From: Selaginella moellendorffii
Taxonomy: Eukaryota > Plantae > Lycopodiophyta
Direction of reading: 5' to 3'
Assembly (NCBI RefSeq): GCF_000143415.4
Contig: NW_003314433.1
Coordinates: 1 to 42,815 of the forward strand
DNA: 42,815 nt
Positions 35,596 to 42,815 of the stretch are shown in pieces; the stretch's first letter is position 1, and every line of letters begins with the position of its first letter. The notes beneath the pieces are model-generated. The model was not told where the DNA came from and ran no database searches. It saw only the letters and a list, made by a program, of their open reading frames with translations. A program made the translations under genes and the position numbers.

Positions 35596-36069
35596 TTAAT
35601 ATGCAATATTGAACACCCTATCAGTCACGCGTTCGTTCTTGTGGCTCGGGCGCACTGTTGCTGGGGTGGCGAAATAGTGCTCCATCTCCTTCAGCCTCGC
35701 TACCAGCCGGATCATCTCCTCGTCACTCAAGGATGGAGATCTTTGCCTTGTCACCCCACCCACTGCCGCCACCATTGCCACTGCCGCACCGCTTCCAATT
35801 TCCCTATCACAGCCACTTCCCAATCCTATCCCGAACAGCGATCTTGCCAGGGCTTGCTCTATCACTACCCGCGGCGCTGAAAACCATGGATGATCCCTTA
35901 ATTCATCCTCACATTTCCACATTTTAGCCAAGAACGCAGCCAGGGCTTTGCTCAAACACCATCGAGCAAGATCGATACCCAAGGGAGGGAAAATTGTTAT
36001 CTCTTTGACGGTTCCAAGAGCTCCCAAAGAACACGTTTTCATACTTGGAAATTTCTTTGGCTCAGCCAT
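35596..36069 (-). CDS. Hypothetical ORF (157 aa) or gene remnant
   Basis: ATG-initiated GC-richer ORF next to an AT-rich tract; no family recognised. Confidence 0.3.
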   Translation of the reverse strand: MAEPKKFPSMKTCSLGALGTVKEITIFPPLGIDLARWCLSKALAAFLAKMWKCEDELRDHPWFSAPRVVIEQALARSLFGIGLGSGCDREIGSGAAVAMVAAVGGVTRQRSPSLSDEEMIRLVARLKEMEHYFATPATVRPSHKNERVTDRVFNIAY

Positions 36070-36527
36070 GCTGTCTCACCACATCATCAATTCCTTTTCG
36101 CCACGCGGGCCTCCTCCACGTTGCAAATCAGGAGGAGTTTTATTCAGGAGGCACAATTGGTTCTGCTCTCCCTCACGTCAACTATCTCCCTTGCATATAA
36201 GCAACTTGGCATGATCGTTTAGTTCACTCAAGCAAGACTTCTTCAAAATAGAACACTACTTTGAAGTGTTCAAGAGGATCTCTTTTTCGTTCTTTTCCTG
36301 GTGTTTTAATGTCCTTGAAGAACAGGGACTTTGAGTAGTTTAATGGTTTAGTTTAGCTCCAGTTTCTATGAAAACTGCCCCCGGCCCCCATCGAGCGCTT
36401 TTACTTTTACGAAAAACAACAGGCTTTTCTGCCCGTCCTATACCCACGTTTCACATGCACACGGGCATGTACGCGCAATATAACAACGTATAGACTGTAT
36501 CATCTCACCATACGAGCAACTAAGAAG

Positions 36528-37850
36528 ATGAGAACTTCATGGCTAGTAGTGTTCTTCGTAGCTTTGGCACTGCAGATCTTGTGGAGCTCGAGAGTGAGTG
36601 GATTCTATGGCGATAGCGCTGCGATTGAGTCTGTCAGTCGCCGTGGAGCTCATGTTGGAATTGTCGTTCCAAACATGTACGAGTTTACACCTCTGCTCGA
36701 ACAAGGAAGATTTGTTGCTGATGCCACGATTCCCTTCATCGATATTGGAGGTTGTTTCATCACACTTTGAGATTTCTCGAGCTTGGAATCTCTTTGTCTC
36801 TTTCAGGAAGAAGGTTTCATATCGGAACAATCCATGGAAAGCGTTCCATTGTCGTCATCTCTGGTCTTTCCATGGTTTGCAAGAAGTTATTTCTCCACAG
36901 CTTTTCATATGATTTGATCGAATGTCTCGCAGCTCAATGCCGGGATCACGACGCAACAGCTGCTTGACCACTTCCGGATCGACGTTGTCCTTCATTACGG
37001 CATCGCAGGAAGCTCCAATCCTTCGCTTCACATCGCGGACGTGAGCATCGCTTCTTCGTGGATTCACACCGGCCTGTGGTACTGGCAGGTTTGTCTCAAA
37101 TCCGAAACTTTAATAAGATACTCAATCTCAAGAAATCTTCTTATCTTGCAGCGGTATGGTCAAGGTCCCAATGACGAACTTTCTCTGGAGCAAAATGGAG
37201 ACTACACTCGTTTGCTTGGCAATCTCCACTTTGGATCATACAATGATCCCTCAAATGAAAATTCCGACAACAAGCTGGGACACATCTATTTCCAGCCCGA
37301 GGAAGTTTTTCCCATCACTGGCACACCAGAAGTTAGACAACACGCATTCAAAGTTCCAGTCTCAAGAACACTCTATGAAACCGCGCAAAGAGAGCTGATG
37401 GTAAGTCTTCTCTAGATCTTCTTCTAACTTCCATTGGTTTTTCTAGAACTTGGAGCTCAAAGCATGCCTCAACTCCAGTTCGTGCTTGAGCTCCGAGCCC
37501 AAAGTTCTCTTCGGTCTCACCGGATCCAGCGCAAACGTTTTCCTTGACAACGCTGCTTACCGCACTCTTCTCTACGACAAGTTTGGAATCTCGAGCGTGG
37601 ACATGGAGTCCGCCGCAGTGGCTCTGGTAGAGTTCTCTATGATCTTCCCCTTGTGGTTTCCAAAATCTCATCTTGATTCTTCCAGACTTGCTACGCGCAA
37701 GGCAAACCTTTCATCATCTTTCGCTCCATCTCCGACCTCGCTGGAGGCTCGGATCACTCCAACGAGGCGATCCAATTCATCGACGTCGCGGCCGAGAACG
37801 CGGTGATTGCTGTCGTGGAATTCATCCGATCATCCCACGCGACGTTTTAA
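36528..37850 (+). CDS. Bark storage protein A-like / PNP_UDP_1 nucleoside phosphorylase family, secreted (6 exons)
   Basis: Signal peptide; GRRFHIGTI, LNAGITTQQLL, HYGIAG, WIHTGLWYWQRYG, SANVFLDNAAYR, VDMESAAVAL and IIFRSISDLAGG. Confidence 0.93.
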
Positions 37851-37913
37851 GCCAAGCTTGTAATCGTTTGAAACAGTGATGAAGTTATATGGTCATGGGA
37901 AGAGCTCGTAGTA

Positions 37914-39228
37914 TCATAGAGTTTGTGATCTTCGGTTCTTGACCCCGACAATGTAAGCGTTCCAGGCGTCACACTGGTTGAAGCTCTCGAGTTCTTCGTA
38001 GTCTCCTTTATCATCGTTTGTGTTGTCAAGGCCATTCTTTCTCTCGAGCAGCTCGGGCCTCTCGCACAGCCACAAGTGAGTTGAATCGAATCCAGCCTCG
38101 TCTAGGCAGTCACGAACCTCTGGAATCGTCCACCTGGGAACACATATAACAAAAAGAAAACACTGATTGAATCGCGAACTTAAGACCGAACTTACAATCG
38201 CCAGTGGTACGAAAAGGCGTGACGAAGAACTCTACGCGACTTGGCCAGCTGGAAGTGCAAGCTTATCCTCGTTGTCCTCTTGATAATGTCGAACTCTTCT
38301 TGCTCCCAAGTGTACTGGCACAAAGCAAACAAAGTAATGGAATCGCTGCGTTTCTTTAAAGAAAAAATAAGTCTCGTACCGTGAAGTCGCTGTAGCGTCT
38401 GCGGATCCTTAGCGACTGCTCGGACGACAATCCTCCATACAGATCCATCACAAACACTCCACCTTTGTTGCTAATGGAGCTCAGTGCTTGCCGGAAGTAA
38501 GACACCAGATCCTTACGTTCCTGGAGGCAGCAGCAGCTAAAGTTCAATGCACAGATGACATCCGAGCGTTGTTCCACTCTTGTTTCTTCTGGATCTTCAT
38601 CTCCTTCTCCACCATTCCTTGTCTCTACAGAAGCTGGAGATCTGTTCTCGAGCACAAACTTACCCGACTTTGCTAGCGGATGAAGCACATTCTGGTGGAA
38701 CAAATCAACACGATTTGCTGTGTCACCCCGACCTCCCAGCACGTTGTTCTTGAGCCCCCAAGAGAGAGCATCGTCGTCCAGATCCACGCCGACAGCTGTT
38801 CTTCGCGCGTCGCCTCGCACCCATTCTGCGCTGCTCATGAAAAGTTACTGGAGAAGCCCAAGAAAAAACTCAAACCAGATCAAAGCTGTGCCGCAGAAAT
38901 CCTCGCGCATATGGAGTGGAATTCGACCTCCAACGTAAGTGAGAAAGAACTTCTGCAAGTAGCTGATCTCTCCCCGTGGAGCCTGCAAGTTTGTCCAATC
39001 TTCTCAAACCAAAAGCAAGAAAAAGAGCCAACGATTTACTTGAACAGCGCGCTGGTACAAATCGTGCTTGAGCCCCTCGTCGCATTCCTCGTCCCCCTGC
39101 ACGGCCGCCGCGCCATTGCCGTCATCGGCGCCATCGGCATCTCCCTCCAATGCGCTGTGGCAGTCGAATGCGGAAGAAGGGAGCTCCTCCTCCAAGCGCT
39201 TGCGGTGATGCTGCTTCTTCTTCCCCAT
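37914..39228 (-). CDS. Uncharacterised class I SAM-dependent methyltransferase (multi-exon)
   Basis: DLYQRAVQSP, REDFCGTAL, VGVDLD, DVICALNFS, GGVFVMDLYGG, YTWEQ, FSYHWRLWTIPEVRDCLDEAGF and WNAYIVG. Confidence 0.88.
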
Positions 39229-39522
39229 TCTCTTCCCTAGTTACTTTGCCCTAAACCCCTAAACCCGTTAAGGATGTTTCATAAACCCTAATTACTCAAT
39301 AGCCCTAGATTCTTCTCGGGTTCGAATCTTTTCTAAAGATATAAATCCCTAAAGTATATTCCTCTCCATTTGAAAAATCATAACACTGCCCTGCACTGGC
39401 GGCCGTCAGTCAGCGCCACAATTACGCGGGCGCCTCGTGTGTGTAGACCTCCGTACGTGATGATCCAACCGATTTGATCTAGCCCCGGAATCTTTCTCTG
39501 AAACAACGGCGCGAGCAAGAGG
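39229..39522. promoter_or_regulatory. Divergent intergenic region with telo-box-like motifs
   Basis: ccctaaacccctaaaccc and taaaccctaa at about 39249-39291. Confidence 0.55.
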
Positions 39523-39915
39523 ATGATCCACAGCGCGGTAATGCTGATCGCATTCTTTTCACTCCAGGTAACTACAGCTCAAGCATCCAGAGCTCCATCT
39601 CCTTCTCCTGGAGGTCAAGCTCCAGCTCCAGCTCCAGCGCCAGATTCTTATGAAGTCACAGTGCCAGCGGCGGCGAGCTCTCCGCCATCGCCGCCAAGCT
39701 CCGCTTCCAAGGCTCCCGTTGTCGATCCCAGCGCTCTCGGCGCGGATCGTTCCTCGCCCTCGATGAGCAGCCGGCGGAAGATTGGGATCGGCGTGGGCGT
39801 GTTCTTGGGCTCCTTTGCCGCGGTCTTTGTCTCGCTCGTGTACCGCAGGAGGAGATGTAACGTCAAGAAAGTGGAGCATGGAAGCAAGCGGATCCCATTC
39901 CGGGAAGAGCTCTAG
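39523..39915 (+). CDS. Small Pro/Ser/Ala-rich single-pass membrane protein (AGP-like ectodomain)
   Basis: Signal peptide, APAPAPAP/SPPSPP region, TM IGIGVGVFLGSFAAVFVSLVY, then RRRR stop-transfer. Confidence 0.85.
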   Translation: MIHSAVMLIAFFSLQVTTAQASRAPSPSPGGQAPAPAPAPDSYEVTVPAAASSPPSPPSSASKAPVVDPSALGADRSSPSMSSRRKIGIGVGVFLGSFAAVFVSLVYRRRRCNVKKVEHGSKRIPFREEL

Positions 39916-39929
39916 GAAGATCTTTTGGC

Positions 39930-40165
39930 CCTGACAATGTAAGCTTGACTCTCCGGTTCTTCGTAGTGGGTTGAATCGAATCGAGCCTCGCCTAGGCAGT
40001 CGCGAAACTCTGGAATCGCCAACCTGGGGAGAAACAAACAAACAGTCCACTCATTCCAGGGGACTTAAACCAACTTAGATATGAAACACCATGACAAATG
40101 CAAGCTTATTTTCTTGTCAATGTCGACTTCTTGTTGCTCCAGGCCTTCGTTTGTTCTTTCCAGCC
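39930..40165 (-). pseudogene. Degenerate copy of the methyltransferase 3' exons
   Basis: gttgaatcgaatcgagcctcgcctaggcagtcgcgaaactctggaatcgccaacctggg matches 38080-38138, intron included. Confidence 0.85.
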
Positions 40166-40193
40166 AAAATCGCGTCGCGTTACTTCAACTTTT

Positions 40194-40730
40194 NNNNNNN
40201 NNNNNNNNNNNNNNNNNNNNNNNNNNNNNNNNNNNNNNNNNNNNNNNNNNNNNNNNNNNNNNNNNNNNNNNNNNNNNNNNNNNNNNNNNNNNNNNNNNNN
40301 NNNNNNNNNNNNNNNNNNNNNNNNNNNNNNNNNNNNNNNNNNNNNNNNNNNNNNNNNNNNNNNNNNNNNNNNNNNNNNNNNNNNNNNNNNNNNNNNNNNN
40401 NNNNNNNNNNNNNNNNNNNNNNNNNNNNNNNNNNNNNNNNNNNNNNNNNNNNNNNNNNNNNNNNNNNNNNNNNNNNNNNNNNNNNNNNNNNNNNNNNNNN
40501 NNNNNNNNNNNNNNNNNNNNNNNNNNNNNNNNNNNNNNNNNNNNNNNNNNNNNNNNNNNNNNNNNNNNNNNNNNNNNNNNNNNNNNNNNNNNNNNNNNNN
40601 NNNNNNNNNNNNNNNNNNNNNNNNNNNNNNNNNNNNNNNNNNNNNNNNNNNNNNNNNNNNNNNNNNNNNNNNNNNNNNNNNNNNNNNNNNNNNNNNNNNN
40701 NNNNNNNNNNNNNNNNNNNNNNNNNNNNNC
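40194..40730. other. Assembly gap (N run)
   Basis: 537 N characters. Confidence 1.
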
Positions 40731-41010
40731 AGCTCAAACATCCCGAGCTCCAGTCCCAGCTCCTAAGCACCAGCTGCAGCTCCAGATTCTTACGAAGTCA
40801 CAGTGCCAGCGGCAGCGACCGAGCTCCGCTCCATTCCCCAAAGTCCCATTGTCGATCCAGCGCTCCTGATTCCTCGTCCTCGATGAGCAGCCGGCGGAAG
40901 ATTTGGATCGGCGTGGGCGTGTCTTGGGCTCCATTGCCGCGGTCTTCCCGTCGCTCGTGTTTCGCGAGAGTGGAGGATCCCATTCCGGGAAGAGCTTTAG
41001 AGTTGCTAGA
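40731..41010 (+). pseudogene. Frameshifted copy of the Pro-rich membrane protein gene
   Basis: Collinear with about 39576-39915 (ccagattctta.gaagtcacagtgccagcggc; tcgatgagcagccggcggaagatt), with indels. Confidence 0.88.
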
Positions 41011-41019
41011 AAAGATCTT

Positions 41020-41467
41020 GTAAGCTTAACTCTCCGGTTCTTTGTAGTCTTCTCCTGTATCATCGTTTGTGTTGAGCCTCGCCTAGGCAACCACGACACT
41101 CTCGAATCGCCAACCTGGGATCAAGAAAACAAACAGTCCACTCACTCCAGCGAACTTAAAATCAGCTTGATACGAAACAGCGTAACGAAGCTGGAAATGC
41201 GAGCTTATCTTCGTCTTGTCCTCTGGATATTTCCGAGTTCTTCTTGCTCCCAAGTCTCTGTTTGCTCCTTCCAGCGAAAGGTACGATTTTTCGCTGGAAA
41301 GAACAACATCAAACTCCTATTGCCTGCAAAACAAAATAAGTGACAGACAAAATGAGTGACGAGACGCCATTTTCGATTCGTACCGTCTGTGGATCCTCAA
41401 CAACTGCTCGGACAAAAATCCTTCATCACAAAAGGCACTCCACCTTTCCTGCCAATGGAGCTTAGCT
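41020..41467 (-). pseudogene. Third, degenerate copy of the methyltransferase 3' half
   Basis: Matches about 37990-38485 piecewise (ctttatcatcgtttgtgttg; gctggaa.tgc.agcttatc; cactccacctt...aatggagct). Confidence 0.85.
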
Positions 41468-41510
41468 TTACATAAAACTCACCATAATTTTATTGTCGAT
41501 GGAACTCTCA

Positions 41511-42815
41511 TCAGCCAAACAGGGAACCAACAACACCACCCACGACTTTCTCAGTGCCCTTGGTAACTCCACTAACCACAGTTCCCGTTCCGCTAACAAC
41601 AGAACCCACAAGACCACCACTACCAGTAGCTGGTTTGGAAGTAGCGGCTGGTTTGGAAGGAGCCGAGCCACTGATCACGCCCCTGACGTTGAAAATGGAC
41701 ACACCTTCGTAAACACCACCGATCTCGTCCTCCACTTTCGTGTCAATGCCGTCGAGTCGAGTAGCTTTGGTGGAGTACGTGAAGGGAACTCTGCATTTTC
41801 CCCTGGTACACTCCACTGCCACCTTGGCCTGGAGCAAGAAAGAAAAGGTAAAAGAATCAAATTGAATGACCCCAAGGCTTGAAAACTTTCTCACCTCTCC
41901 TCCGGGAGGCACGTCTTTGATGAGATAGCCAGACTGGAATGTAAGCAGGTTGGTCATCTCCTTTCCGAGCTCGGTCTCGGTGGTTTTCTCCACCCCGACT
42001 GTGACGGTGGCTTCTACGGAGGCGATCTCGGGGATTCCAGCGCTCACGGTCAGGCTGGTTTCCAGTCCCACCGTCTGGGACGTCATCCAGCGGTTGCTCG
42101 TTGATACGGACTCGGTGAAGCTGACTTGAACCTGGAGGTCGGCGTTCTGGCCACCGTTGTTCACCACCGAGCCTTGGCCGACGACCAGAGGACGGATATC
42201 GGTCACCTCCGCAAGCCCGAGAAGGTACTTCACGTTGAAGATGTGCTTGTTGCTGGTTCCATCATAGACGGTGAAGTGTGTCGCGGCGTTGTCGACGCTC
42301 GAGGAGACGGCCTTGAGCTTGTTTTCGTTGTCGCTACGAAGGACAAAGAGGCCCGAGTCGTATCCGACGCAGCGGATGGTGATCATGTTCTTACTCACTC
42401 TGGATGCGTTGAAGTGGCAGAAACGATCCTCGAGAGCGGCTTCTTTCTTTGTGTCTGCGATGATCCAGTCATCGTTGTCAGTGTCCCGGCGCCAGAAGAG
42501 CTTGCTGGTAACGCTCTGGAAGATAAAGTTCCCGTCCACAAGTGGCGTGGCCTGGAAAGCTCCCTCGAGCTCGCGGCTGTCCATGTTGCACCGCAACGAC
42601 TTATCTCCCGAAGAGGCGGATAGAAACTTGCCGTTGTTGGCCTTGAGCATTAAGAAAGTCGGGAAATTGAGAGCAAGGCTTTCGGCGTTCTGCACTTCGG
42701 CCGCTGGGAAAACGTCGAGACCGTCGATTGTGGACTTGATAACGATCTTGTTCTTGGCATCGGGAGCTTCGACGATCTGGAAATGATAAGTTTTGTCGCT
42801 TGGATCCTTGGGCTC
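41511..42815 (-). CDS. Agglutinin/amaranthin-type beta-trefoil plus aerolysin-like beta-pore-forming protein (Hfr-2-like), 5'-partial
   Basis: Frame is open to the window end. Lectin-like LKANNGKFL...KLFWRRD..DWIIAD; aerolysin-like core with Ser/Thr-rich alternating strand, SAGIPEIASVEATVTVG hairpin, VPPG, TRGKCRVPFTY and GGVYEGV. In-frame 66-nt GT-AG intron at 41829-41894. Confidence 0.9.
   Translation of the reverse strand, partial: EPKDPSDKTYHFQIVEAPDAKNKIVIKSTIDGLDVFPAAEVQNAESLALNFPTFLMLKANNGKFLSASSGDKSLRCNMDSRELEGAFQATPLVDGNFIFQSVTSKLFWRRDTDNDDWIIADTKKEAALEDRFCHFNASRVSKNMITIRCVGYDSGLFVLRSDNENKLKAVSSSVDNAATHFTVYDGTSNKHIFNVKYLLGLAEVTDIRPLVVGQGSVVNNGGQNADLQVQVSFTESVSTSNRWMTSQTVGLETSLTVSAGIPEIASVEATVTVGVEKTTETELGKEMTNLLTFQSGYLIKDVPPGGEVRKFSSLGVIQFDSFTFSFLLQAKVAVECTRGKCRVPFTYSTKATRLDGIDTKVEDEIGGVYEGVSIFNVRGVISGSAPSKPAATSKPATGSGGLVGSVVSGTGTVVSGVTKGTEKVVGGVVGSLFG

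Noticed and set aside
39245-39295. Telomerase RNA template or interstitial telomere
   Set aside because: Only isolated degenerate CCCTAAA units in a promoter position, consistent with telo-boxes.
40081-41023. Long ORFs in the track spanning X runs
   Set aside because: Artefacts of translating the N gap.

Overview
Eukaryotic plant genomic DNA with very short introns (about 50-100 nt) and tightly packed genes. This and the PLS-class PPR array suggest a lycophyte such as Selaginella (inference, not proven). The left half (1 to about 22 kb) is a turnover zone. It holds one intact PLS-E PPR gene (6016-7551, minus), one frameshifted near-intact PPR and several pseudogene copies, one split by a 1168-bp non-autonomous hAT element with an 8-bp TSD. 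It also has a decayed GC-rich Fic (AMPylase) domain fragment, PUX1-, EamA- and LRR-like fragments, an intact 3-exon orphan gene and two long, very AT-rich blocks. The right half is gene-dense: IMP3 head-to-head with an NSUN3/4-like m5C methyltransferase, a MORN-type PIP5K, SOSEKI, an alpha/beta-hydrolase, a TLC protein, a bark-storage/PNP_UDP protein, a class I SAM methyltransferase and a Pro-rich membrane protein. The last two are tandemly re-copied as pseudogenes around an assembly gap. The window ends in an agglutinin (beta-trefoil) plus aerolysin-type pore-forming protein gene with an unusual Gly/Val 11-mer amphipathic C-terminal tail. The best novelty candidates are that toxin tail, the Fic relic, the NSUN3-like gene and the orphan gene.
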